Positions 11,791-26,513 are shown, counted from the first letter of the whole stretch. The stretch: DNA of 61,706 nucleotides, filler included, from Basidiobolus ranarum (GCA_040143965.1; 7 parts of 7 records of this genome joined end to end with filler, not necessarily neighbours in it), one strand, 5' to 3'. Translations and numbers: made by a program. The notes: generated from the sequence alone by a model not told the origin.

Positions 11791-14592
11791 ATGAGCTATA
11801 TTTGGGTCAATTTGGATGAGTTTAAAATTTCCACTATGGAATTGCTAATTCTTACATTATTAACATGTATACATAATATATGTTCCAATTCTCATCTAAT
11901 TGATATTTAACTAAGTAATGTTAACTAACTTATATGTAATATATAAAATAATTAGGTGTATAAAGATTGAGATAGCAAATACGATCAAGACAATAATTTT
12001 CAAAAAGATATAGCAAGAAAGAAAACACTTTTTTGTCACTCAACCTCAACTATATATCTATGGTCAACACTTCATCTGCCAAAGAATATCCCAAGTTGAA
12101 GCTTCAATTTTTTTTAGCATAAATACTAAATTATAGTTGTAACACACTCATAATTACAAAACAGCTTGAAAGATTTGTATGTCTGCTACAGTTTATAGCC
12201 AATATGCAGCTATTTGATAGCAGAATATAAGTTTACTAATAAGCTAAAAAATATGTCACAATTATTGCATTGGAATTTATATCACTCACACTATAGAATG
12301 ACTTAGTATCTTGTCAGAACTTTGAAAGAGTCAAATGATTTTTAAAATGTTTACTTTCAATACATATTGATATGTGGTTTCTTATATCATATGATTATTT
12401 CTAACAGCTTTCCAGTAACAAAATTTGAGCTTCAATATTTACTGTAGGTGAGAGAACTATCTTTTTTATTGATATTTTGTCAAGATGATCATATTTTCAA
12501 AAGTATTGCGTGCCTTTGGGGTTAACAAAATAGAGAATTTTCGAAATAATGGTGTAGGAACTTTATACTCTGGCATATATGCCTACCTTGAATGGTGAGT
12601 AGGATATCCATACTATTTTGCTTGGTATGTATTACTCCACATACAATAACTTCTTCTATTTATCATTATGAGATATATAAGGTATAAAGCGAAATTTTTA
12701 AGCAGCACAACTAATGCTGTTATTTTCAGCTTGCTCATATTTTCTAACATCTATGTCAGCTTGCAACTGCTATATAGATAAGTATGAGTTTGCAGTGATA
12801 CTTCACAGACATACTTGTTTTACAAACAACCTTTATTCAATATTGTAGCTCACATTACTCATAATACTAAAAAAAACATGGGACAGAAATGTATTGATAG
12901 ATTCTTTGACCTTATCACTAAAATCTCTCTATCTATATTGCTAAAATACCTTGCTATCCATATTGATTGGTACAATCTTAATAATCAAGCTTGTGATAAT
13001 ACCAAAACATTGCTTGACTTTTCTTGAATTCCAATCAGCATATTCTTGTAAAGATAAAGCAACCTATTGGGCAATAATATTCAAGTTACATATTACATCC
13101 CATTTCTATTGAAATTGCATATGTATACATGTGATTAATTACTGTTGCTATTATTTCAGCTGACTACATTCAGTAAGTTCATCTTGAAACCTATCTCAGC
13201 AAAATCATTCCTCCCCAACTTATCTTCCAATTACTATATTTAGATATCTCTTCTATGAGAACTATTAATCTATTTTCTTAGTATTGATATTTTCTCTCTG
13301 CTGTAAAGCAGCATATATAGATGAAACATGACTTTTGGGATTAAATAAGTATTAACTAATAGGTTGCCCTCTGTGAGCCCAGTGTATGTTATTAGATTCA
13401 ATACTCCCCAGTCATTTCAATCAAAGTATAGTATATGTGGCATGTAGAGAATGCTAATTGTTTCCTTTGCTCAGTAGGGTTCTATTCAGCATTATAGAAA
13501 CTTTGAAACTTTCAATCAATTTCATCATCTCAAATATTTTCAATACAAATTAGTTGGATAAAAACTGTTTCCAAGCTAAAACTAATTTCTACTATTACAT
13601 ATCAGCAAATTGAACCACACACCAAATATCTGGCTATATTTTCACATATCATGATCAGCTCCTTCTTTGCCTTTTTGTACATTGTTGTATATATTATGGT
13701 TGTAGTAAGTGTAGCTTTTACTACCATTTATGGATTGCTCATTGCAGAGATGGTTGTAATGATTACATTTCTCTGTGGAGAAGTTAATGATGAAACAAGA
13801 TTGCATCACTCACAGTGATACAAGGGTTCCTTAAGAGAACAACAACCATAAAAGCTTTCAGTTGTCTATATAGTATCAAATAAGCAAAATGAACCTGATA
13901 TTCATAATCCATCCATTCCCAGCCAAAATTCTTCATTTGTGTACTCAAGATTTCAGAGTATTCAAATTTCATAGTTACTCTTGATGTTGATGATTTTCTA
14001 GTAGTTCATATTAGTTTATGGTGAATGATAGGCACCATAATCTGGTTATCTCCCATGTTGTTTATGCACCATTGCAATTGCTCATCATTTTGTCTGGAAA
14101 TTTCCAAACATTGAAATCTTCAGCAAAATGGGGTACTTTGCTCTCTATCAACATATTTGACAACTTTAAAAAAGAAATCAATTTTCAAATAACTTAGACA
14201 ATTTCAAACCTTTTACAGGTCCCCTAACTGTTGAAGTGCATCATCTGTCTTATATCTGTTATATATAACTTTTCACAACTAGCTATTTCCTGCATCACAT
14301 TTAAGTTACTAAATAGTATATATTCAAACATCATGAACTGCAAAGATGGAGTTTGCAACAGATTTGATGTTAATTATCTGGCAATTGGTAATATCAAAGT
14401 GTTCTGAAATTCAATAACAGGTGCTGAGCTAACTGCCACAGATGTTCTGAATGCAATTTAATTAATAACTCTCTGTTACTGTACCAACAATATCAAAGCT
14501 CAATTTTTAGTCAATAACTGAATTTGGTTATAAATGAGTTACAAGTCCATATTTCAATGGTCCTCCAAAAAGGCCATCTACAAACAGTACAA

Positions 14593-14943
14593 TGTTATAC
14601 AATTTTGGAAACCTGTTTTAAGTTCTTTTTCAAGAAAGAAAATTACAGACATTTACTTGTCAATATACTGATTTGAAACTGGAGAATTATGGTCTCATCA
14701 AGATGTAAGCTCATTGGTAGGTAGAATTTGCTGAGGAAGATCCCAGAAATATAGGTGCCAAGTTTGGGGCTTCTGGCACATATACCAAAAATATGTATTG
14801 ATGAGAATCTCTGAGTTGGTAAAAGATATGCCAAGCAAATTCAGATTGAGACTAACAGGTGATATCTTAGTAGAAAGTGGGAAAGCAAATCACTTAAGCT
14901 ATCCATGACTCTTGAGATGTTTTGGTAATTAAAAATTTCAACA
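14593..14943 (-). mobile_element. Solo copia LTR (same family as 10418, 33089 and 43551), inverted
   Basis: Ends in ...AATTTCAACA (reverse complement of TGTTGAAATT). Contains CAAGTTTGGGGCTTCTGGCAC and CTGAGTTGGTAA, matching the reverse complement of the other LTR copies. Confidence 0.75.
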
Positions 14944-15049
14944 TATGACACAAGTAGGAATAGCATGAGTGTTCTTGAACAGTGTCATCTAATATTCCTT
15001 TCTGCATCTGTGGCTAAGCTAAATTTGCAACACTAGAGATGTAGGTATA

Positions 15050-17480
15050 TGGAGGAAAGATGCTTCCTTCACTACAAGTAGTTAGTAATATGCTATCTGG
15101 ATATGAGCAAGTAATTCAAGCCAGTACACATCAGTACTTTAACAGTTATCTTTCTACTTTATGCCAATGTCTTAGGCATACATATGAGCATGATTCCTTT
15201 CTTGAGCAAATACTCATACCTTGAATACATGAAAGATGGATTTAGAGACATATGAAAAGATTTTTAGAGGTTTTGGTCCTTCAATACTTCAATAATACCA
15301 AAAACCACCACAAAACTTGAATAGCATTTTTGTTATCCTAGTGATCCACTCTGGTGATAGTACCAGCCACAAAGGAATCAGGTACCAGAATGGAAAGTTT
15401 TAGGAAAAATACTGGAAGGAGACACTTTTATTTGCAGGGAGGATAGTTGAATTTAGGTATGAGTACTTGGTTACTTTATATTGAGTAAGTATTCCAACAA
15501 GCAATCAGGATTAGAAATTAAAAAATAATTGTGGTGACAGAAATTCCTCAACTCCATGGTTGAATCTTTTACATATCAGCAGATATGATGATTAATTCAT
15601 ATAGAGCTTTTCCACTTTTCAATAATATGATTGAACAGTATTGGTAATGTAAGATGCTGCATCACTATTTTACTTTACCAGCAATGACTAGCTCACAATT
15701 GAATTAGATAACTGATACAGCTGATTCCTGACTTGACTCTAAGCTACCTAAGAGTAGTTCTAACAGAGTACTTCTTATTGTATTAGGAAGCTGTTAGCTA
15801 GTTAGCTTTGTATCTTGTGTATTCTACCAACTGTTTCTAATGATTTGATTTACTGATCAGGGTAGTTATATCTACCCATTTGATTTTTATCAAAGAATTG
15901 TCACTCTGGTAGCCACTGCATATATTTTGATGTACAATTACTTCCAATATCCACATGATAGTATGTCTACAAGTTTAAACTACTTATCATCAGAATATAA
16001 CAGGACAAAGATTTAACTACACAAATGTTGCTAATGAGACATTGTGAGTAATGGAGTAGCTTAACCTCACAATTGGTTCCTCATTAGGCTTAAAATACTA
16101 ACTTGCCAGATATGTAAAACAAGTAGGCTTAATATGCAAGTATCCAGATGGTATAGAAGTGTGAATCTTAGCTCCTATTGAATGTCATCTCTGATTTGAG
16201 ACAAAGTAACAAAGGTTGCCTGCTCAAGAATCAATTTACAAATCCAGTTAATAGCAAAACATGAAGAATAAGTAAAAGCTCTAATTCTGATTTACTGTCA
16301 TGGTTGCAGCAGTAGAAGCCTCAACCTTACTGCTATACAATGATTACAAATGATCATTATTTACATGGTCTCATTTATAGGCAGGCAACAAACCTATGCC
16401 ATTATCATAACTAGGATGGATATATTAAACCATATAACATGGTAACATGCTTTACTGACATAAAAGGTAATGTTTCATCAAATAGGCCACTAGAAATTGC
16501 ATGCCATTAGAATACCCTCTTTCCTGCTCTATCCCTTGCTGATTTACACTTAAGTAGAGCAAATGAATATTCCTTCATGCATTTGGGATTGAATCAGAAG
16601 TATTGCTAGAGTTCAAGTACCAAAGTAAATGACAGACATAAGCATATAATAAGGTAGCTTGATATTTTGTTAATACTATTACAACATCATATACCATTGA
16701 ACACATATCATCATAAGCCTATGCATATATCTAATAGCATTAAGCATGCTTCTATATTTCCTATAGCAACTGAAGGCTCTCCCTTTGAGTTAAACTGACA
16801 CAAAAAATAGCCTGGCTAGTATGCAGCATCTAACTCAGTGTGGTATCACTACAACTGCATACTTAAAGCTTCTGGGTTATACAACCAGAGGATGCCTATG
16901 CAATATACTATGTTATCAAATATGAGACCAATTTTAACTCTACAACATAAGAGATAGGCACTTTCTGACTTTACCCAATCCAATGTAAAGCCACTGAGTA
17001 TATTGGTACACAAATTATAGGGAAATATACTTTAAAATATAGATCTAGCCAAATGTGCAAGAGTATCTCATATTGCTGATTACAGACTATCCCTAAGCCT
17101 TGAATCAATAAGGTGATAATAACATATAACTAATATATACCTCTTGGTATTATTCCTTTGGCCTCATTTAATATAACAAGAATGACTTTTGAAGGTGAAG
17201 TGCACCAACTCAAAGAGTTACTTAATTTACCCAATTTCTACTCAACTTGCTTAGGGTTAGGGGCATGAAAAGCACCAGGTGGTGTGAACTTTATTAAGCT
17301 TATGTGCTAATCTAAACAAAGTGACAATCAAGACATAAATCCTATGAGATATTCAGAATAATTGGATCATATTGTACCTTGCTTGATGACCAATGTAATC
17401 CAGTTCTGAGGATGTCAATATAGTATTAAGGGGGACGGTTAGGAGGAGATGAAAGGGTTAGGGTTAAGGGGGAGACAGTC
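15050..17480 (+). mobile_element. Heavily decayed Ty3/gypsy-like pol relic
   Basis: Short remnants in gypsy order: LITDTAD (like L.TDASD, RNase H) near 15705, FTDQ (like FTDH) near 15849, TTSY (integrase-like) near 16680, and a purine tract near 17465. No long ORF; CpG-poor. Confidence 0.4.
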
Positions 17481-18127
17481 ACCAAAAGGTGAAATCTTTA
17501 TTTCAAACAAAACAATGAAGCCATAACTACTTTTGTAGTTTCTTAACTAATGTATGGAGATCTGGAGTATTTGTATGANNNNNNNNNNNNNNNNNNNNNN
17601 NNNNNNNNNNNNNNNNNNNNNNTTAATTAATTAANNNNNNNNNNNNNNNNNNNNNNNNNNNNNNNNNNNNNNNNNNNNAAGTCACTCAAAGTCTATGGCA
17701 GCAATATATATCTCATCACACATTGAGTACATGGATTGGGTACTAGACGTCTCTCTGCCATAATCACGCAGTGTTTAGTACTGAAGCCAATGGTAGCGGT
17801 ATCTTGCTTTTTAACTCCCTTGAACCAAATTTATGATCGACAAATAATATTATAGACAGCTAATACATTTGATCATGGACTAGCAAATGCCCATTATTGT
17901 ATTCTCAGTCTATTATTTATAACGATTATATAATCCCATGGTTTAGCCCTGGTTCACATTGGTAAACAGGAAGTCTTATGGATAATTTAGGGCCTACTAT
18001 TCGCTGATTGGTTAATTGTTGATGTGAAATGTAAATAGAGCCTTTATGATTAGATTGATTTCGAAAGCTTCGCGCATCATCAGTTACCACCCCTACATCG
18101 ACTTGCTCTAGCTTGCTACTTTTCTAT

Positions 18128-20778
18128 ATGAGCGACCTTCCGCGTAACCTCTATGTGGCGAAAAGACTAAAGGATAAGCGTATTTTTCGAGGTCAAGTTT
18201 ATTTTCTGGTTGAATGGGACCAAGACATAAATCAATGCGAGTTGGAGGATACATGGGAGCCTATGGAAAATGTTCTTGGTAAGGATCTTGTAAAAGAGAC
18301 AGCTTCTTTATTCGATGTTTTAAATGACGAACATGTCCATAACTACAATCAACTTGATAATCGAACTCCACGAAGTATCTCTAGTTCGGACGAAAGTAGT
18401 ACTCATATCGATACTCCACCTTCTTACCTCACCGAAAATCCACCAACCCAAAATAGTAGAGATGCCTGTCAAGAGTATACACCCTCTAAACACTATGACC
18501 GATCTCTTGGACTAAACAAATCTTTTCAAGATTTGTTTTCTCCCACTTCGAATACACCTTCGAGTCGATCCCCTGATTCTTGCGAACTCCCCAAGTTTAA
18601 TACACCAAGTTTCCTCTCGTCTTTCCAGGAGCCGATTATGTCAACTCCTAGGTCAAGATATAGGAATTTACCCATATTTGATACTCCTACTCGCCTGTCA
18701 TATTCGCCGGTAACTCCAGTAAGAAAATGTCTTTGGAAGCCATCCAATAACACAACCAACCCTGTTGCAAGTCAGCTATACTGTAAAGAATACACAAACA
18801 AGAATTCAGCTCATAATCAAATTACTAGCACTTCGCGCACACAGCACTCTCACGGCACTTCTTCTGATCCTTTTGAGAAATATCCTCAAAACACTCAGCC
18901 TACTAATAATGAATATGTCTCACAGTCTAGCGAAGAAATAATGGACGAGTTCTATACAAAATTACTAGAAGAGGCTGAGGCGGAGGTACAAAAGGAAGCC
19001 ATTATGGACAGTACAAATAAAGGATCCTTCGAATCACAGTTGTGTGAACCGCCATCCCCTGACTGGACGGATCATCAAGCATTTACATATTCGCCCTCTC
19101 CAATCTCCTCCAAACCCAAAGTAGGTTTATATTTTGAAACTGAAAATTCTATATACAATATGCAATTCTAATAGCCTTTCTTATGTATGAAGCGTAATTT
19201 CAAGAATGCCTTTGAAATACAATCATCCTCGGCTCACCCCTCAAATACATCCAAATCGCGCACTACAGGAAACACCAAGCGACACCATACTATGACAGAG
19301 TCTGCTTATGACCTTCTCTTAGCCACTACATCCGAAATTGAGTTACTTCGCGTAGACAAATCCAAAGAGCAAAAATTTTATCAGAATTTAATTGCGAAAT
19401 CTTCGTTAATATCAAATATTGAATTGAAAAATGAATTGATTGATTTTGTTGAGTTCAAGGATAGCGGTAGGGTTCTATTCTTTCTCTTAAATTTTGAACA
19501 TTTCTGACCGTTTAGCAGAGTCGCAATGGCCTATAAATGATTGGCGGATTCTACCACAATCAGAGTTATGGCTATTTAAGGTATCTGAAGTACAACGAGA
19601 AGCGTCCGAAACTCAGAAATGTGTTTGTTTGGTGTTGAACGTTCCAAAACGAAAGATTACTTCCATCCTCTTGCCTAGCTGGCTGATGCAACAAGATCAC
19701 CCTCAGCGTTCAAACTCAACTCCTAAGTGTGATGATGGTAAGTAGGGATCTCTTTCACTTCAATTATCCCTCATACACGCTAACATTCGAGCCACTCGCA
19801 GGTTGTGATGCTGGATCTCACCTATGTCAGCTTCAATGTTGTCACGGAAACCCACTCTCTATAGAGAATCTGTCACGTTTTATTGAAAGTCAAGTCAACT
19901 TTTCATGCAAAAACCTATCTAGTCCAAGCATACAAGAAATAATCGATAGCGCAGAAAAAATCTCGGAGACATTAAGCTTTTTATACAACCATTCCCCGTC
20001 AAGGTCAAATACCTTGATACAGGAGGATCCATCAATTATCTTGGAAACCCAACAATTCTCCAGAACTTCCACTTCTCTCGAGAGATTGGAATCCAGTACT
20101 CCTATACGGTATCTTATTTCTTTGTTCTTTACTTCTCCTATCCGTTTATTAAGCTGATTTTCCTCCAGCTCATTGACTCCTGAGTTAGTAGATGTAGGGG
20201 AAGATAGTGAAATCAGTCTTAGCTTTGAAGGGCCATTGTACTTCTCAATAGAACAATGTGATTCTGCTACCAATCATGACCTTTTCACTCAGGAAGATAA
20301 AGACACGTCTAAGAATTATCAAGAAAAATCTAAAGAGTGCCCATCGCGATTATCAGAACCGGTGGGCAGTCCCAGTTTTCTTGCAGGCCCCATATCATCT
20401 CCAGCTACTCTTGGCTATCGAGCGGAGTTAGACGACTTTCAACAGCAACAGTTCAGATCACCGGCTGATCTTTCAACATGTCGTACCCGTAAGTCTCCAA
20501 CAAACTCAAATCACTCTGACCGACCAAGCTCAGCTTTTAATGGGTTTGGCTCGACACGGTCTCAAAGGAATTCTATGAATCCAAAGCCTTCACAAAATAT
20601 ATCGTTATCCTTGGACTTGATCAGTCAAGATACAAGTCAGTCTCAACTTTTAAGTTTGGATTTCATGGACTTTCAAGTGTTACAACGTGCAGATCTGTAT
20701 CGTGCATACACCAAACTAAAGCGAGAGAATCAAAAGATTAAAGGTAAAACATGCGAGCCTGGAATTGCTCATAAGTGA
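18128..20778 (+). CDS. Chromodomain-containing protein, multi-exon, Ser/Pro/Thr-rich
   Basis: The N-terminal YVAKRLKDKRIFRGQVYFLVEW...EDTWEPMENV is a chromodomain. Consecutive + strand ORFs are linked by short GT-AG introns to TGA at 20778. Exon boundaries are approximate. Confidence 0.75.
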
Positions 20779-21495
20779 ACCTATTTTTGGAATTCCACTT
20801 GATGTACTGTAAATTTGGTGAGAATTTTTGTTGCATGTCAAATGCGTTGGAGATAACCTTGTAGCAATAATTTATATGACTTATTGGCCATGAGTGTAAA
20901 TGTCTTAATTTCTGTAACATAAGTCACTTAAAAACATGCTTCCCCTGCTCTAGATTTTACAAAGAAAATATATACTACTCTAAGTAACTTGGCATATATA
21001 CGAGTATCTACGGTTCTGTATCTTTCACTTTCCTCTATTAATGAAGAGGAGTAGGGCATCAATACATATATAACATCATATCAACAATCAAGGCAAGAGC
21101 TCAATGTAACCCGAATGCCTCGTGAAAGGCACCAGAAATCTGAAAAATAATTGTCAATGTTACGTTTGCATTTATTTCATTAACATCTGATTATTTATTG
21201 ATTCATCCTAAAAAAGGGTGTAGAATAGAGAAAATGGGGGAATTATATTTCTGGGCTTTACTCCTAATCTTATACACCCTAGTGATTATCAAGTTCTACT
21301 GGAAACGCAGCGAGTTACAGTTTCTCTGCTTTGTGGGAATCACCTCAATCATACTCTTGTTTACTTCCACGTACTTGATAAATACTTTGCTCAAAAGAAG
21401 CAGCCATAATTTATTGAAAGTCAAAATAGACATATTTTGAACCTCTGGATTGTGTATTTGGCGAAAAATATTGATAATAAATAGCTTAACAGGAT

Positions 21496-24263
21496 ATGAA
21501 TTCTGATCCCCCATACACAAAACCTTTAATTCAGGCCCCCCTTGGATCTTCTGCGATTCCTATTGTCGCTCCTACCGAAGAAACCCAAGAACAAAAGGAC
21601 TTGAAAAGTTAGTAAACTTTGTCACTTATATGCACTTAATCTAGAAAATATTATTGAAACTTTCAACGGCAAAAAGCCAAGGCTCCTTCTAGTGCTCCTA
21701 CTACTCCAAACGCCAAAACACGTACTTGCCGTAACGTGATAATTCATGGATATTGTAAATATGATGGAAAGGGGTGCGAATTCAATCATGATCTTAATGT
21801 ACGTTTCGCCATACCTATGAATAACATTTTAGTTTGAAATCCAGCTATTTCTGTTTACACGTGAATTCTCATTGCCTTTCTTTATTACTAGCCAACTGCT
21901 CCTTCCTTTATCTTTTCTCCAGATTCGTACGTTACTATTTTTTAAGTATATATTTTATGATCCGGGTTATTGATAAGGAGTATTGATGAAAAGTAAGTCA
22001 AAATTACGAGTATCCTCGCCAGCCTTCAATCCTACAGGTTCTTTAGCTTCTGCAACTATGCCAAATAGCCCTGCAGGTACGTTTCTTCTCAATTTAATAG
22101 AAAACCTTGCAATCTTTTTTATTTCTTTTTGGCACATTCTTATACAAAGCTTTTTTATAGTAACAGGCGAGAGAACTTCACAAACAAAGCATCATATATC
22201 AAATGATGTGGAATGGAAAAAGGGGTATGTAATATTTGATCTATGCAAAACTACGAGTCCATTCAACTCACGGTGGACTAGAGCCCATGAATCTAACATA
22301 GGCCATTACCAACATTATCCGCCTGTAGCATCTTACTCTGCTGTATCCTCATCGAATCCGAATACGAATGCTCTTTCCAACGATGTCAGCTCATTTGATT
22401 CGAATGACCAGGTAAGAAACGTAAAAAGAATCGGTGTATATTGTATATTGCATCTGACCACTAGGGTTAAAATTACAAACCCCTAGTCCACGGAAAATCT
22501 CCGGTCCCAGCTCCAGTACCACCTTTACACCACGCCGCTTCCTCAGGTCTCCAGTCTTCCATCTAGCCGGAAGACCATCCATTCGTTTTTCATTTCAGAT
22601 GAATTGCGTGAGAGACTACAAAAAAGAAACGAAGCTATTCATCACTCAAACCGTAAGAATAGGTGATGCTATCTTAACTAAGAGGTCAACCATTGATTCA
22701 TTTATCTTTCTATAGCTCACGATTTGACCACACCTTCTGAGGTGCATGTTTACCATTCGCTATACCCTTTGGATGATTCGAGCCATACAGAATCAAAGAG
22801 AATGTTCGGGTACCCCACTTCAGTATACAAGGCCACAAGCAGCATCGATGGACAGCCTTACGTTCTGAGGCGCATTGAGGGTTTTTTATTCTTCAACTCA
22901 TCTAATATATAGCTGATATTTACACATCCTTTTCAGACTTTCGTTTAACCAATGAAGCCGCTATGTCGACGATTGAAAACTGGCGTAAGATAAGCCATCC
23001 GAATATTGTCTCAGTTCGTGAAGCGTTCACAACCAGAGCCTTTGGAGATTATTGTATGTTTTTCGAATCATCGTTGTGAGTGTCACAGGTCTTAACTGCT
23101 TTTACTCTCAGCTCTGGTCCTTGTTTATGACTATCACCCATGTTCTTCTACGCTTGCCGAAAAGTATCTGAATCATCCCACATCTCGTGGCCAACAAAGC
23201 TCAAAAAATATTGTTGAGATGGAACTTTGGAGCTTCATCATTCAAATTGCATCGGCAATCCGTACACTTCATGCCGCTGGATTAGCTGCCTGTACACTTG
23301 ATCCCGCAAAGATTTTGATCACTGGAAAAAATAGGTATCAAGCCGCCTCAGTAATTTAGAAGAGAGTTAAAAGCTAATCATAGCCTTCACGTTTAGAATT
23401 CGACTTAATTGCTGTGGTATTTATGATATACTCTCCTATGCTAGTACTAGAAATACTGCACATTACCAAGTAAGTCAGCTTCAACATAAATCAACAGAAT
23501 CCCTTGCATCTTACTTACGCCTTATTTTCCTTAGCAAGAGGATTTGCTTCAATTTGGTCAACTGTTGACATGTTTAACATGCAGTTCCCTCAACGCTCTA
23601 TCAAGTCTCCCCATATCTATTGACTTTATTGCCCGGCATTATACTCCGGACGTCAAGAATGTGATTTTGTATCTAATCAGCAAGCCTTCTACTACAAAAA
23701 ATATCAATGACATTATTACCATGATAGCACCGAAAATGCTTTTGGAGCTTAACCCCATTCATCAGTGAGTTGCTGTGTTGTGTCGCTTGTTATAAACATT
23801 TAGCTATAACGATGCTAACCTCTGGCTTTACTAGGGAAAATGACTTTTTAGAAGCTGAGTTGTCTCGTGAGTTGGTAAACGGCCGGCTAGCTCGATTGAT
23901 GATGAAATTGGGCTTCATAAATGAAAAACCAGAGTAAGTTACGATATTCAAGTCCGTTTTAAGTAACCAATCTTAATGCCATAGTTCCTCCATAGGTTTG
24001 ACCTTGACCCGAGCTGGTCTGAAACTGGAGATCGTTACTTAGTAAAATTATTTCGAGATTACGTATTTCACCAGGTAGATGAAGATGGAAAGCCAGTATT
24101 AGATGTAGGACATGTTTTATCCTGCCTGAACAAGTTGGATGCGGGTCTGGATGAGAGAATTATGTTGATGTCGCGTGACGAGCAATCTTGCTTAATAGTA
24201 AGCTACAAAGAGCTAAAGAACTGCGTTGATCAAGCCTTCTCAGAGCTCTCTAGACACCATTAA
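21496..24263 (+). CDS. PAN3: PAN2-PAN3 deadenylase subunit PAN3
   Basis: CCCH finger [21 protein letters not shown], then pseudokinase ([36 protein letters not shown]) and C-terminal knob [23 protein letters not shown]...CLNKLDAG. Many introns. Confidence 0.95.
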
Positions 24264-25250
24264 AATTTTGAACAAATATGGGCTATGATATCGAAGTTAT
24301 CGAATTAGATACAGTTAATTTTAACTGGCCATGGCTGAAAACTCTTTCTCTTCACAACTTTATTCAGATGATAGCTTTACTCTTTAGTCACAATTTTTTT
24401 TGGTATTTGTCTCGTTATAACCTTTACATACATGTAACTCAGAAAACAAGCTCTCTTTTCTTTAGATGACCTTGAGAAATACTAGCAAAAATATTAAAAA
24501 AATCAATAAATTTTCGGGATATTTGGAATAACTGGTCGTTTCCGATAGCGCTGCTACAACTACTCAATTAATCGGCTTGAAATACAACGCTTCGCTCGCC
24601 TAGACGCTGTGGACATTTAGCATATTCAATGATACATTCAAATAAGTAATCAGCCAAATACTAGTGATAGCACTTAGACTGCGTATGTCCCTAAGATATC
24701 TTCGAATATCGGATACGTTGCCGATTGAAATTGTGGCCTCCATTTATTGGTTCAGATTTATCCAGAGATTCGGTGTTAGGAGTAATTATTTTGATTCTTC
24801 TATGCTCAAAATCCCACCACGCTTCGTGAATTCAATGGATCATATTAATCAGCGTTCGTCACTCTATGATACAAATTACTGACCTTATATTTTTTAAATC
24901 AACTGGATATACCATATATTCAAACAACTTAGTCGAGTCTACTACAGTTTGGACTTGAATAAAGTGGGTGTTCTATTTTATTGTATCTTTACAGTTAATG
25001 CTCTTTATTAGCTAGGTCATCTTCAGAGTGTTTCCTCTTCAATTCCTCTGACAACTTGAACAGAGTTTTATCTTTAGATCTGAATAACATCAATCTACCC
25101 ATATACATATTCTTCGCTTCACCCAACCTTTCCTTATTTTAGCCCGACTAATCTTTTCATTTCACTTTAGACCTAGAACAGTTCATTAAATCCTACTTTT
25201 TAACTCTAGCTACTTCCTATATTTCTCCTGTAAATTCACAACATACGGCC

Positions 25251-26413
25251 ATGCGTCTCGTTGTTTATGGAGGTGTAAGCTCCCTTCTCACGACTGCTGT
25301 GATTGCGGCTGCGTTCAGTCAGCGTAGTCATTTTTATGCGGCGTGCATTCAGCTTTCCCAATCTAGCGCAGCTATGATGGTATTTATCTATCAATTTCAT
25401 ACTGTTTATTATATAGCATTCGTTCAAATATTCAACAACTTATTTAATAACAGGTATTGCTTAATATGGGGATCTTTCTAACTATCTTGTTCGGGAAATT
25501 TTTACAATATGTGTTTTTCGGTGGCCTCCGTGCAGTTGAAGTTGAGGTAAGAACTCAGTTTTAGCTTACTACACTTCGGAAAAGAATCCACTCTCTTAAC
25601 CTAAAGTACCAAATAGCATCTTTATGAGAGAGCTTGGTTTGCAGTCACAGAGACGTGTTTGGCGATGACTATTTTCCGCGAAGAATTTGATACTCATTTT
25701 GTCGTGGTGTTCACTTCGTTGTTATTTATCAAAATCTTTCACTGGCTTTGTCAAGATCGGGTGGACTTTATGGAGCAATCACCTACCATCTCAGTGTTGT
25801 TTCATGTTCGCATGTCAATCTTGATGAGTATACTATGCATTATTGACTGCTTTTTGGTTCATTATTCAATTTCGGTGACGATGCAACACGGACCTAATAT
25901 GATGATCATGTTTGGCTTCGAGGTAACTTTCTCCATCTTATACCGATACAACCATCACATATACTCATCCTTGCCTTTAGTATGCAATTCTGGCTTCGAT
26001 GATTATCTCTACTTTGTGCAAATATATATTGCACACCATAGATTTACGTAGTGAGGAACCTTGGGAAAACAAATCGATCTATGTCTTCTATTTGGAGTTA
26101 GTTACAGGTAAGCCTCAACAGCACTATGATTTAATCATTCCTAAAATCCTTACACCGCATGTTTCAATTTCCTCCATGCCTATAGACTTCGTAAAACTTG
26201 CCACATATTTGGTCTTCTTTGCAATTATTATGGTATACTATGGCTTACCTTTACATATCATCCGTGATGTATACGTCACTTTTCGCTCGTTCGTTCAAAA
26301 ATGTCGAGACTTAATCCGATACCGCCAGGCTACTCGAAATATGAATGAAAGGTATAATCTATTCCTGGTGTTTGGGAATAGCCTTTGGCTACTAGTCTAG
26401 CCTTGTGCCTTTC
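25251..26413 (+). CDS. HRD1: ERAD E3 ubiquitin ligase HRD1/synoviolin, 5' part (truncated by contig end)
   Basis: Motifs FFGGLRAVEVEHLYERAWFAVTETCLAMTIFREEF, KIFHWLCQDRVDFMEQ, MFGFE, WENKSIYVFYLEL and GLPLHIIRDVY...RQATRNMNERY. Confidence 0.93.
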
Positions 26414-26513
26414 NNNNNNNNNNNNNNNNNNNNNNNNNNNNNNNNNNNNNNNNNNNNTTAATTAATTAANNNNNNNNNNNNNNNNNNNNNNNNNNNNNNN
26501 NNNNNNNNNNNNN

